IMG/VR virus record: IMGVR_UViG_3300025357_000008 | Coordinates: 32,001-96,000 of that record | Strand: one strand, 5' to 3' | Length of the DNA stretch: 64,000 nt | From: a virus | Lineage: Duplodnaviria > Caudoviricetes | Shown: in pieces, positions 17,017-26,111 of the stretch | Layout: each line of letters opens with the position of its first letter | How positions within the stretch are numbered: the stretch's first letter is position 1 | Program-made: the position numbers and the translations under genes | Notes under the pieces: generated by a model | What the model was told of the DNA's origin: nothing | Seen by the model: only the letters and a program-made list of their open reading frames with translations | The model's database searches: none

Positions 17017-17565
17017 ATGAGAAAGACAATTGTTGCAATCGCCACTATGGCAGTTCTAGGAATGGCATCTGCCGCTGATTTCGTATCAGTAGGTGTTGAT
17101 GCAAACCAAAGCCGTTCTGATAAGTCTCAACATGCTACAGTAGAAACTATTCGTGCAGGTAAAGATATCGGTGCAGGTTTTGATGTCGTGATTCAAGACC
17201 GTACTCAAGTTCAAACTCAAGGCGGAATGTATAATAGTATTGAAGGTACTTTAGGTTTTCAAGCAAGTGTTTTAAACGTGTATGCAGGTCTTGGTCGTGA
17301 CCAAGGTTTGAATGCCGCTAAAGATACAGCATACAACTATGGTTTAGTTGGTGGTACTTTGGGTAGCAAAGTTGGTCCTGTTTATGCATTTGCTGGTGCA
17401 AAGACACACGCTAACTGGGACAAAGATGCACCTAAGCAAACTGTAGCATATACAGGCGTTTCATATCCAGTAACTAAATCTTTAGCTGTTGAATTGAACG
17501 CATCTGCATCATTCCAAGACATTAAAGACAAACAAGCTGGCGTTGCCGCTCGTGTAAGTTTCTAA
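17017..17565 (+). CDS. outer-membrane beta-barrel (porin-like) protein
   Basis: Signal peptide (..ASAA|D), alternating amphipathic strands, C-terminal Phe (AARVSF). Confidence 0.75.
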   Translation: MRKTIVAIATMAVLGMASAADFVSVGVDANQSRSDKSQHATVETIRAGKDIGAGFDVVIQDRTQVQTQGGMYNSIEGTLGFQASVLNVYAGLGRDQGLNAAKDTAYNYGLVGGTLGSKVGPVYAFAGAKTHANWDKDAPKQTVAYTGVSYPVTKSLAVELNASASFQDIKDKQAGVAARVSF

Positions 17566-17707
17566 TAGTCTAAATAAATCAATGAGTTAAGGGACTCTCA
17601 ATAAAAGTCCCAATTATGAATCTACGCTATTCATAATCTCATCCTCCACACACCATATAGGAGGCCGGCAACTCATCAGAGTTATGCCCAATCATCAAGG
17701 AGACCGA

Positions 17708-18199
17708 ATGAAGTTCCTAAACAAGACTTTGTTTCTAATTCTATCATTGGCATTAATTACTACTAATGCAAAAGAGTCACCATCTATAACTCAAGCAGTT
17801 AAAGATGATTTCAATAAACAAGTGCTTTGCATGGCAAAGAATCTATACTATGAAGCCGCTACCGAGCCATATGAGGGAAAGTTGGCCGTAGCACAAGTCG
17901 TTATGAATCGTACACAAAACAAAAACTATCCATCAGATATCTGTGGGGTTGTGTATCAGAAAACAGGTGACACATGCCAATTTACATGGGTATGTGAAAA
18001 AGTATCAAATATTCGCAACGAATATGCATGGGAAGAATCTCTGTTAGTTGCAAAGAAAGCGATGACAGAAAGTATCTTACATAAAGATATTGCTAAGGCA
18101 AAGATTCTATTCTATCACGCCAATTACGTCCATCCTGCATGGAGTAATATACATCCGGTAAAGACTATTGGCAATCATATCTTTTATGCCAAATATTAA
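17708..18199 (+). CDS. cell wall hydrolase, SleB/Hydrolase_2 family
   Basis: CMAKNLYYEA, AVAQVVMNR, ICGVVYQ, CQFTW, FYHANYVHPAW, IGNHIFY; AAGGAG before ATG17708. Confidence 0.9.
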   Translation: MKFLNKTLFLILSLALITTNAKESPSITQAVKDDFNKQVLCMAKNLYYEAATEPYEGKLAVAQVVMNRTQNKNYPSDICGVVYQKTGDTCQFTWVCEKVSNIRNEYAWEESLLVAKKAMTESILHKDIAKAKILFYHANYVHPAWSNIHPVKTIGNHIFYAKY

Positions 18200-18200
18200 C

Positions 18201-18229
18201 TTGACTTGAATCACTTAGTGTGATATAAT
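18201..18229 (+). promoter_or_regulatory. sigma70 promoter for gp33-gp59
   Basis: TTGACT 18201, 17 bp, TGa-TATAAT 18224-18229; ATG 7 nt later (leaderless-like). Confidence 0.75.
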
Positions 18230-18235
18230 TATATT

Positions 18236-18463
18236 ATGACAACACCTACTAAATCTGAAATAAGCAACTTTTCTCTTTTGATTGAAACAATATCAAAGGA
18301 TAAAGGTTTATCTAAAATGGAAGCTATTCTTTGGCATTGTGAGCAAACGGGACTAGAGGTTGATGTAGCATCAAAGCTAATCACCTCTGCCCTTAAAGCA
18401 AAGATACGAGAAGAGGCGCAAGAACTTAATTTACTTAAGAGAACCTCTAAACTACCTATATGA
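18236..18463 (+). CDS. gp33: late-transcription coactivator gp33
   Basis: FSLLIE..MEAILWHCE...KLI...LKAKIREEA..LNLL; synteny with gp59 and gp32. Confidence 0.85.
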   Translation: MTTPTKSEISNFSLLIETISKDKGLSKMEAILWHCEQTGLEVDVASKLITSALKAKIREEAQELNLLKRTSKLPI

Positions 18464-19062
18464 TTGACGAGAACACAGGCTTTGCGGCATGTTCATTATA
18501 TAATGCGATTAAACTTCATTTTACTACTGATTCTTACGATTACTTTAAGTACAACGGTAAAACCAATGTCTCAAAGGATCAATTTTCAAAACGAAAAGAC
18601 AAGTTTCAGTTTTACAAATTAGCCAAAAAGTATAGTTATGATGAACTGAAAGACTTCTTAGTTGCCAATTTTTTAGTAACTAATGTTAAGTGGGCCGGTA
18701 ATCTTTTAGAGAATGATGCACATGAGAACTATCTCAAATGGCAGAAAAGAAATCAAGCATTGACTTATAACTTCAAACAAGATATAATGCATCTCAGAGA
18801 CTTGGTTGAAGAGCCAAGAGAGTTATTATATGTTAACAATGGTGAGTATCCTATATTGCTGAGAGAGTTAATGCATGATGATGTGAAAATTGAAACGGTA
18901 TGCATTATGGAGAATCTTCTGCAATTCATACCGATGTGGAGTGAGAAGATAAGCGATTCAATAATATGGCCAAATTACAGACTTCAGATTTTAAAATACA
19001 CACCGTTTTTAAAATATGATAAAGATGACTTTAAGAAAACTTTGAAAGATATTTTATTATGA
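18460..19062 (+). CDS. gp59: helicase loader gp59
   Basis: AIKLHFT..YDYFKYNGK, F.KRKDKF.F.KL, KYTPFL. Confidence 0.85.
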   Translation: MIDENTGFAACSLYNAIKLHFTTDSYDYFKYNGKTNVSKDQFSKRKDKFQFYKLAKKYSYDELKDFLVANFLVTNVKWAGNLLENDAHENYLKWQKRNQALTYNFKQDIMHLRDLVEEPRELLYVNNGEYPILLRELMHDDVKIETVCIMENLLQFIPMWSEKISDSIIWPNYRLQILKYTPFLKYDKDDFKKTLKDILL

Positions 19063-19538
19063 TTGAAACTATTTACCTTGATATGGATGGTGTTATCTGT
19101 GACTTTCAAAAACGGTACATTGACTTGTACAAGAATCACACAGACATGGCAGAACGTAAAGGTACATTTGGTACATGTTTTACGCATTTCATTAACACTC
19201 GTCAGTTTGAAACGCTAGAACCTATGGAAGACATGAAAGAACTCATCAAGTTCTTAGATGAAGCCTACCCACCTGTACACATTCTATCCTCATCTGCAAG
19301 AGAAGATTCACATGAAACAATCTCTGAGCAAAAGACAGTATGGCTAAAGAATCATGGTATTGAATACCCAAGACACTTTGTACCTGGTAAGTCTCTCAAG
19401 TACAAATATGCGAATAAGGACTCAATCATTATTGATGACACTAGAAGTGTTATTGACGATTGGATTGAAGCCGGTGGAATTGCTATTTGGCATAAAAGTG
19501 CCAAAGAAACAATAGAAGAGTTACAAAAACTCTTATAA
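19059..19538 (+). CDS. HAD-family 5'(3')-deoxyribonucleotidase-like protein
   Basis: YLDMDGVICDF, ILSS, K..WL, IIIDD..W...GG. Confidence 0.85.
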   Translation: MIETIYLDMDGVICDFQKRYIDLYKNHTDMAERKGTFGTCFTHFINTRQFETLEPMEDMKELIKFLDEAYPPVHILSSSAREDSHETISEQKTVWLKNHGIEYPRHFVPGKSLKYKYANKDSIIIDDTRSVIDDWIEAGGIAIWHKSAKETIEELQKLL

Positions 19539-19604
19539 ATAGACTATATTATGAATAATGCGAAATAAGTCGAAATACAACGTATACAACGAAAGGAAAT
19601 ACAT
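19534..19604 (+). promoter_or_regulatory. late promoter and A-rich repetitive leader of gene 32
   Basis: TATAAATA 19534-19541; CGAAATA x2 and ATACAACG x2 before AAGGA-ATG. Confidence 0.6.
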
Positions 19605-20486
19605 ATGGTAGATTTTTCTAAACTAAAGAAAAGAGCGGAAGAAGGTTCAAATCTAGACCGTCTTGCAAAAGCCGCTGAAGCACTCAACACCTCATTCGAT
19701 GGTGCACAAAACAAAGAACTATTTTGGAAACCTGAAGTCGATAAGGCTGGCAATGGTATGGCCGAAATTCGTTTCTTACCTACACCTCCACAAGATGGTG
19801 AAGATGGTTTACAATGGGTCAAATACTTTCATCACGGCTTTCAAGGTCCTGGTGGCTGGTTAATTGATAATTGTTTGACAACTCACGGTAAGAACTGTCC
19901 TGTTTGTGAGAGCAATAGTTTGTTATGGAACTCCGGTATTGAAGCCAATAAACAAGTAGCAAGAGATAGAAAGCGTAAGTTAAATTACGTATCTAATGTC
20001 TACATTGTTTCTGACCCAAAACATCCAGAGAATGAAGGTAAGGTATTCTTATTCAAATACGGTAAGAAAATCTACGAAAAATTGGTAGAGGCATGGAACC
20101 CATCATTCCCTGATGAGAAGCCATTTGATCCATTTGATTTGTGGAAAGGTGCCAACTTCAAGTTGAAGATTCGTAAAGTTGATGGTTACCAATCTTATGA
20201 TAAGTCTGAGTTTACATCACCAGCACCATTGAGTAATGATGATGACGAACTTGAAAAGATTTATAACTCTGAGCACTCTTTACAAGTACTTGTAGGCGAT
20301 AAAGAGTTCAAGTCTTATGATGACCTCAAAAAGCGTTTAGACAAGGTCCTAGGGGTTTCTGATACGCCTAAGACTACTGTAGAAACAATCAAAGCGGAAG
20401 CTCCTAAAGCAAAGTTTAAAGATGCCGAATTGGTAGCAGAAGACGATGACTTAGATTACTTCTCACGCTTGGCAGAGGAAGATTGA
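19605..20486 (+). CDS. gp32: single-stranded DNA-binding protein gp32
   Basis: WKPEVDKAGNG.A.IRFLP, HGFQGPGGW..NCLTT...CPVC, GANFKLKI, acidic tail. Confidence 0.95.
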   Translation: MVDFSKLKKRAEEGSNLDRLAKAAEALNTSFDGAQNKELFWKPEVDKAGNGMAEIRFLPTPPQDGEDGLQWVKYFHHGFQGPGGWLIDNCLTTHGKNCPVCESNSLLWNSGIEANKQVARDRKRKLNYVSNVYIVSDPKHPENEGKVFLFKYGKKIYEKLVEAWNPSFPDEKPFDPFDLWKGANFKLKIRKVDGYQSYDKSEFTSPAPLSNDDDELEKIYNSEHSLQVLVGDKEFKSYDDLKKRLDKVLGVSDTPKTTVETIKAEAPKAKFKDAELVAEDDDLDYFSRLAEED

Positions 20487-20547
20487 GTCAACTAATAACA
20501 TTCATAGAAAAAATCAATTAGATTTTAATATGAAATTGTGATAAACT

Positions 20548-20584
20548 ATGATAAGTAGTCCATAAGATTACTTATCATTTTTTA
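20548..20584 (+). terminator. intrinsic terminator after gp32
   Basis: ATGATAAGTAGTC-CATAA-GATTACTTATCAT plus T run. Confidence 0.65.
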
Positions 20585-20598
20585 ACTAAGGAGATTAT

Positions 20599-21051
20599 AT
20601 GAGTGGAACGTTAAACAATCTTGAAAGTGCATTGGCCGGTGAGTCAATGGCACATATCAAGTATAGATACTTTGCTAAGATTGCAAGGGAAGAAGGCTTT
20701 GAAGATGTTGCAAAACACTTTGAGCATACAGCAGACCAAGAAATCAAACACGCATGGGGTCATTTAGAATTGCTAATTGGTAAACCTTCTACGAAAGAAT
20801 GCCTACAAAAAGCAATTGACGGTGAAACGTATGAGTTTACCGAAATGTATCCTAAGTTTCATACTATTGCAGTAGCCGAAGGTAAGTCTGAAATTATGAA
20901 AGAGTTTCAGGATCAAATTACCGAATCAAAAGAACATGCAGAGCAATTTTCATTAGTTCTTAAGAAAGCGGAAAAGAGATTTGCGGCTCTTGCTAAAGTA
21001 GAAAAGAAACATGCGGAAGCATATCAAGCAGTATTAGGAGGTTTACAATGA
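20599..21051 (+). CDS. rbr: rubrerythrin (ferritin-like diiron protein)
   Basis: NL..ALAGES.A...Y..FA..AREEG, QEIKHA, GETYE...MYP, ESKEHA. Confidence 0.9.
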   Translation: MSGTLNNLESALAGESMAHIKYRYFAKIAREEGFEDVAKHFEHTADQEIKHAWGHLELLIGKPSTKECLQKAIDGETYEFTEMYPKFHTIAVAEGKSEIMKEFQDQITESKEHAEQFSLVLKKAEKRFAALAKVEKKHAEAYQAVLGGLQ

Positions 21052-21179
21052 GATATTACCGTTGTGTAGTTTGTGGACACATTCTTTCTGAAGAAGATTA
21101 TGCATCTTTACCCGACTCTGTTGGATGCCCTGAGTGTGGTGTTTCTAAAGAAGATTACGAACTCGTTATCGAAGATTAA
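21048..21179 (+). CDS. short rubredoxin (43 aa)
   Basis: Translated by hand: MRYYRCVVCGHILSEEDYASLPDSVGCPECGVSKEDY; GGAGG RBS, ATGA overlap; missing from the ORF track. Confidence 0.85.
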   Translation: MRYYRCVVCGHILSEEDYASLPDSVGCPECGVSKEDYELVIED

Positions 21180-21215
21180 AACTCTTTCTTCTTAAGTGTC
21201 TTCTGGAGAGTTTTG

Positions 21216-21238
21216 ACCCACCGCAAGGTGGGTTTTTT
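21216..21238 (+). terminator. intrinsic terminator at the convergence point
   Basis: ACCCACC-GCAA-GGTGGGT-TTTTT. Confidence 0.85.
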
Positions 21239-21239
21239 G

Positions 21240-23216
21240 TTAGCAGGCTATAGCATAATTCAACTGACATTGACGTAGTGACGTATCGGTACTTCTAACA
21301 AGACCGATACCATCACCTTCCTTACGTTTTAAACCTGGACCTTCTGTAGTATTTGTGACGGTAGGCATTATAATAGTTGCACCGTTGTTCATGTCGGTAT
21401 CAGTTGCAAGATTTTCAACTTTTTTAAGCATTATTTGTGCATTACTCAGTAAATCATTATAACCGGATCTCATATTATTTTTCGCAATATGAGTTTCTTT
21501 GTTTACAGAAGTTATTGCATTTTGTTCTAATTGCACAGACCAATTTTTTAATTTGTTAACATCAAATCCGGTAAGTTCTTTGAGTTTATCGAATTGTGTA
21601 TTGGCTTTTTTCTGAAGAATTTCCTCAAGTGTTCTTGAAAGTAATTCTTTTGAGTCAACTTGATTGCCTTCTTCATCATAAAAATACGGCTTCATTTGAG
21701 TCATATCATAACGCAGTTCATTTGTCTTTGGATTTGCTAATCTCAAACCTTGACGTACCATATCAGGAACAAGATGTTCTTTTTGGTAGTTCATAATCAT
21801 TTTAGATATTTCTGGATCAGTAGGACCTTTACCTGTGTTATCCATTTCCATTGTTGCTTCAGGTCCATAATATAATAATTTTTCTTTACTCTCTGCACTT
21901 TGATTAGTTTCTGCAAATGCTTTTTTATATTCGGCGGCACCTAAAGCAAAACCTGCCATACCAGCACCTTTTGCACCTTCAATTATTATATTCGCTAAAG
22001 CTACTTCTGGTGCCGCTGGTCCAGCCTTTGGAGCCTTTATACGACTCTCTACCGCACCAACACCAGCCCCTGCAACTTCTCCAACAACACCCCCTTGCAT
22101 TGCGGCACCTAAAACACCCAAAAGTTTATCTACCGTACTTGCATTAGTATACGGATTTTCTTGTTCTTTCTTTAAAATTTCAAGAAGGTCATATTTTTGT
22201 TTTTCTTCTTCAGGAGTTGGCATAGTTGTATTTTGCAAAATTGCCATTCCTGCTTTTAACAAAAGTCTTCGTCTCGCAATTTTATTTTTTTCTTCTGCCT
22301 CAGATTGAGAACCACCTTCACCTGTACCGGTTAATGCTTGAAGGGCTTTCATAGCACCAAGTTTAGCCTCATGTTTCGATAACCATTTAAAAATTTCTTC
22401 AATAGCCAAACCGATAGCGGCAAATGTTTTATTGAAGATAGGTCCTATTAACCCTACGACTTTTAAAACTGCTTTACCAACCATCTCAGCAAAATCTAAT
22501 CCTATTTCACCCACAAATTTAAGAACATCAACAAGACCTTTACCAATTTCAAAAAGAGTTTTACCAATATTCAAAAAGATTTTTTCGACAAACTTGAATA
22601 CATCTTTAAAGAATTCACCAATTGCTTCAATCGGTTTCATTATATCTTTAAATAGAGCCTCAAGTTTTTCCTTGAGTGATTTAGATTTTTTCTTTTCATC
22701 ATCATTATCAACTTTTACTGTAGTATGACCCATACCAGCAATTGCTTTTAATAACTCTTGATGTCTCTTTTCTTCATCATCTTTTCTTTGTTGTGAATGT
22801 TCCGATTCAAGTTCCCAACGTTTTAGACTTTCATCATGTTCTTTTTGCATCAAATTAAACATCTTTGCAAGAATATCTGCACTAGAATCACCAATACGTA
22901 ATTTAGTTGCACGACCAGGACCAACTTTGGTATAGTTTGGATTTTTATTACGTTTTTGTTTGTCGAGATAATATCTAATCGTACTAGATTTCCTACCAAA
23001 TAATCTACCAACAATAGCAGTAGTCAACGGTGAGTTAAGCATATTAACCCAATTCAATGGGTCAAATTTCTCTTGCAACTTAGTTGCTCTAGCTTTAAAT
23101 TTAGAACCGATAGCAGTTTTATATGAACCAACAATACTACCTCCATTGGCAATATTTTGAATTGTTAATTCTTTAACACTTCTACCTCTGACTCTTCGTG
23201 CTGTTTCGTAATCCAT
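21240..23216 (-). CDS. baseplate hub/tape-measure-like helical protein (gp29-like position)
   Basis: 658 aa, mainly helical with amphipathic F/L repeats; downstream of gp26-gp51. Confidence 0.55.
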   Translation of the reverse strand: MDYETARRVRGRSVKELTIQNIANGGSIVGSYKTAIGSKFKARATKLQEKFDPLNWVNMLNSPLTTAIVGRLFGRKSSTIRYYLDKQKRNKNPNYTKVGPGRATKLRIGDSSADILAKMFNLMQKEHDESLKRWELESEHSQQRKDDEEKRHQELLKAIAGMGHTTVKVDNDDEKKKSKSLKEKLEALFKDIMKPIEAIGEFFKDVFKFVEKIFLNIGKTLFEIGKGLVDVLKFVGEIGLDFAEMVGKAVLKVVGLIGPIFNKTFAAIGLAIEEIFKWLSKHEAKLGAMKALQALTGTGEGGSQSEAEEKNKIARRRLLLKAGMAILQNTTMPTPEEEKQKYDLLEILKKEQENPYTNASTVDKLLGVLGAAMQGGVVGEVAGAGVGAVESRIKAPKAGPAAPEVALANIIIEGAKGAGMAGFALGAAEYKKAFAETNQSAESKEKLLYYGPEATMEMDNTGKGPTDPEISKMIMNYQKEHLVPDMVRQGLRLANPKTNELRYDMTQMKPYFYDEEGNQVDSKELLSRTLEEILQKKANTQFDKLKELTGFDVNKLKNWSVQLEQNAITSVNKETHIAKNNMRSGYNDLLSNAQIMLKKVENLATDTDMNNGATIIMPTVTNTTEGPGLKRKEGDGIGLVRSTDTSLRQCQLNYAIAC

Positions 23217-24601
23217 TATTGTAATCCAAATTGTTTAACTATGTGAGCAGGTATCTCTTTGTTTGCTTGCCAGTTTCTAGCTTCAACATCTTGTATACCT
23301 TGTTTCACATCTTCAGTTTTATAGATATTGTACAAATCTTGTTTGATAATTGTGACTTTAGGTTTTCTCGGTTGACCTTTTGCATCTTGCATCGCTTTAA
23401 CTTTAACATCAGCATCTGCAAGTGGTGCTGTTTTTGGTACTAATTGTAGTTTAGTTGGTGTTTCAGGTTTTACGGCATTTGTTTCTGGTGCTTGAATGTC
23501 AGTAGTTTTTGACTCTATCTCAGGCTGTGCCATAGGCTTAGGTGTTTGTAAATGGTAATGTCCAGTCGGATTAGCACCACTTTTATCTGGTGGCTCATAT
23601 ATAACTTTTGTACCTGGTACTGTGCTTTGAAGTTCTGATTGAAGTTTCATTGCACCTTCACTTGTTAATTTTTCCGATGGTATGTTAATATCAGCACCAA
23701 ATCCACCTGGGTGCGGATGACTCATATCTTGATGTAATATATCTTGATGGTATTTGTCATTTAGTGCATTGATTTTTACATCAGGATGCATTTCTTTGAT
23801 TTTATTCATCACGGCAAGTAATTCTGGTGTTGATCCACCACCTGCAACTGCTTCTGGTGATTTTAAATTATCTACAAGATTGCCAAAATCTGTTTTGAGT
23901 TTACTAAATTTTGGTACTTTTTGTTCCATTGATTTAAGTAACTCACCTAAATCAGGAAATTTAAAGTCACTTACATTTTTCTTAAAACCCGCAAATGCTT
24001 TATCCATGCCAAATAAACCTAATCCCGCTAAACTAGCAAAAGCGGCATACTTAAGCCATGAATAGTTTTCAACATACTTTTGTTTTTTCTTTTTAGGTTG
24101 TTGATGACCTAATGCTTCAAGTAGTTTTTTGTTTCTATTATTCTTATGTTCATCTTCTAATTTTAACATTTTATCGCTTTCGAGTTGCGATTTTCTTTTC
24201 TTATCATAATTCTCGTTCATCATGTTTAACATTTTGGCAAGAATGTCGGCTTCCGAATCACCTTTTTTCAACTTTAAATGTGTGTTGGGTGCAACTTTAG
24301 ATATTTGTGGGTCTTTTTTAGGGCTAGAAATCTCTTCTTCTTCATTTTCTTGCATATTATCATCAGTCTTACCTTTTAATTTAGAGTTGCCGGTCATTGC
24401 TTTTGCAACTCTTTGAGGTTCAAATTTTTGTTGAACGTTTTCAACATACTCATTCATTACCGGTGATTCTTTTTGTCCCTTACGAATACCCAAGCCAATT
24501 TCAACAGACCTTTTTTGTTCGGGTGTGAGAGTCTCTAAGTTACTATAGAGAACTTCTAATTCACCCCCACCAAATAGTTTGTTGAATATTTCTTTTTCCA
24601 T
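23216..24601 (-). CDS. tail hub/tape-associated protein with M15-like metallopeptidase domain
   Basis: Hx6D (HPGGFGAD) and HxH (HYH) motifs; TM segment; paralogous block shared with ORF 21240. Confidence 0.6.
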   Translation of the reverse strand: MEKEIFNKLFGGGELEVLYSNLETLTPEQKRSVEIGLGIRKGQKESPVMNEYVENVQQKFEPQRVAKAMTGNSKLKGKTDDNMQENEEEEISSPKKDPQISKVAPNTHLKLKKGDSEADILAKMLNMMNENYDKKRKSQLESDKMLKLEDEHKNNRNKKLLEALGHQQPKKKKQKYVENYSWLKYAAFASLAGLGLFGMDKAFAGFKKNVSDFKFPDLGELLKSMEQKVPKFSKLKTDFGNLVDNLKSPEAVAGGGSTPELLAVMNKIKEMHPDVKINALNDKYHQDILHQDMSHPHPGGFGADINIPSEKLTSEGAMKLQSELQSTVPGTKVIYEPPDKSGANPTGHYHLQTPKPMAQPEIESKTTDIQAPETNAVKPETPTKLQLVPKTAPLADADVKVKAMQDAKGQPRKPKVTIIKQDLYNIYKTEDVKQGIQDVEARNWQANKEIPAHIVKQFGLQ

Positions 24602-24604
24602 TTA

Positions 24605-24787
24605 TTACTTCTTAGCCCTTTGTTTTGCTTTCTCGTTTTCTTCTTCAATATATTGCATCAACAAAGTGATATAGATGTCTCTTTCCCAAGGTATCATTGT
24701 TTCAAGTTCGGTTAAACTATATTTGTGGTGTTGCAAAAGGGAAAAATTTGTCATATAGTAGTTTTTTAAACTATCATAACCGAACAT
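24605..24787 (-). CDS. gp51: baseplate hub assembly protein gp51
   Basis: NF.L.QHHKYSLTELE.MIPWERDIY. Confidence 0.85.
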   Translation of the reverse strand: MFGYDSLKNYYMTNFSLLQHHKYSLTELETMIPWERDIYITLLMQYIEEENEKAKQRAKK

Positions 24788-25509
24788 TATCCGAAAAAAT
24801 TCTCTAGCCCTTCTACATCCATTGAATGATCAAAACCACATTTACTACATTTCATATCAACATGTTGTCTAATTCTTGGTAAATTTGAAAAGAAGTCTTC
24901 TAGTTTACTGAATTGTTCTTGACTCAAAGATTCTACAAATTCTGTAAGTTCTTCTTTTGTGCTATCAACCGCATAAAAGTATTGTTGCCCATCAAAGATG
25001 TATTCAATAGATTCAATCATAATATCAAATGCAACGTCTACCGCAGAATCTTTCTGTGCAAGTTTAGTTAGAATTGAGAACTTTGGGTATTTCAATTTAA
25101 TTGACATGGTATCTGTCAACTGTATTACATCTGGTTGATCCGGCATCTCAACATTGACTTCGAGCAAGTTGAGTTTGATTTCCATCTTGTTACCACATTG
25201 ACTTTCCCCAACTGTATTTGTACAGATATATTTGTTCTCTACAATCTCACCGACTGACCTTGCTCTTAAGTTTATGAAATAATACTCAATATCAGTAACC
25301 GGTAAGTCTTCAATGTCTAAATCTTTTGTTAAAGTACAATTCACTAATACTTGTCGAACATTACGCTCTAAAGTTTCTTTTTCATCGGCTTCTAAAGCCA
25401 TCATTAAGTTTCTTTGTTCTTTTACTAAAAAAGGTCTGAACAAAACTTCTTTTTTACTTACCGGTAAAACCAACGTATACGTTGGTGTATCAATTTTAGG
25501 CAATGCCAT
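24787..25509 (-). CDS. gp26: baseplate hub subunit gp26
   Basis: MALPKI..PTY.L.LP, FRPFLVKE, DIEY.F..LRARSVGE, C.KCG, GLENFF. Confidence 0.9.
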   Translation of the reverse strand: MALPKIDTPTYTLVLPVSKKEVLFRPFLVKEQRNLMMALEADEKETLERNVRQVLVNCTLTKDLDIEDLPVTDIEYYFINLRARSVGEIVENKYICTNTVGESQCGNKMEIKLNLLEVNVEMPDQPDVIQLTDTMSIKLKYPKFSILTKLAQKDSAVDVAFDIMIESIEYIFDGQQYFYAVDSTKEELTEFVESLSQEQFSKLEDFFSNLPRIRQHVDMKCSKCGFDHSMDVEGLENFFG

Positions 25510-25526
25510 AATAATCTCCAATCAAT

Positions 25527-26111
25527 TTAAAATGTTAATAGTGCTTGTTTTGCTGTTTGTCCTATTGACTTCAGGCTTATTGGGCTTGAAGTAGTGTTTG
25601 TCCAATATGTATATGCAAAATCTACAGAAACTCTATGAAAGTCTTCTGAATTCCATGCTAGATCCATTTGATTGACTGTCGTAGGAAACGCATCAATCAA
25701 TTTTACCTGATATGTTTTATTACCAGACATATCATATTGTGTAATTAAAATATCTACCACATAACTTGATTTGTAGTTGAAATTGAAATCTGTAGATGGG
25801 TTTACTAAATCCATCCATGCATCAAAGAAAACTTTCTCACCCATGTTACCGTTAACGATAAAATCTAATACGACATCGTTATAAGAAGTATGATACGGAA
25901 ACTTTTCTACCGGTGCAGAACCGATTTTCTTATCCATCATGGCAATGTTTCTGCCTGGTAACATTGCATTGTCGCAACGAAACGTTAATTGTCTACCGGT
26001 ACTAGCATAACTTGCAAGTGCAAGAGGTACTGGTATTGTCACATCAAACATAAACTTTCTGGCTACGTCTGAGCCAAAAGTGCTAATGAAATTACTGATT
26101 GGTGACGGCAT
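25527..26111 (-). CDS. tail-tube family protein (gp54/gp19-like tube initiator)
   Basis: C....LPGRN, PY...Y.D..L.F, FF.AWM, L.DAFP.....L.W. Confidence 0.75.
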   Translation of the reverse strand: MPSPISNFISTFGSDVARKFMFDVTIPVPLALASYASTGRQLTFRCDNAMLPGRNIAMMDKKIGSAPVEKFPYHTSYNDVVLDFIVNGNMGEKVFFDAWMDLVNPSTDFNFNYKSSYVVDILITQYDMSGNKTYQVKLIDAFPTTVNQMDLAWNSEDFHRVSVDFAYTYWTNTTSSPISLKSIGQTAKQALLTF

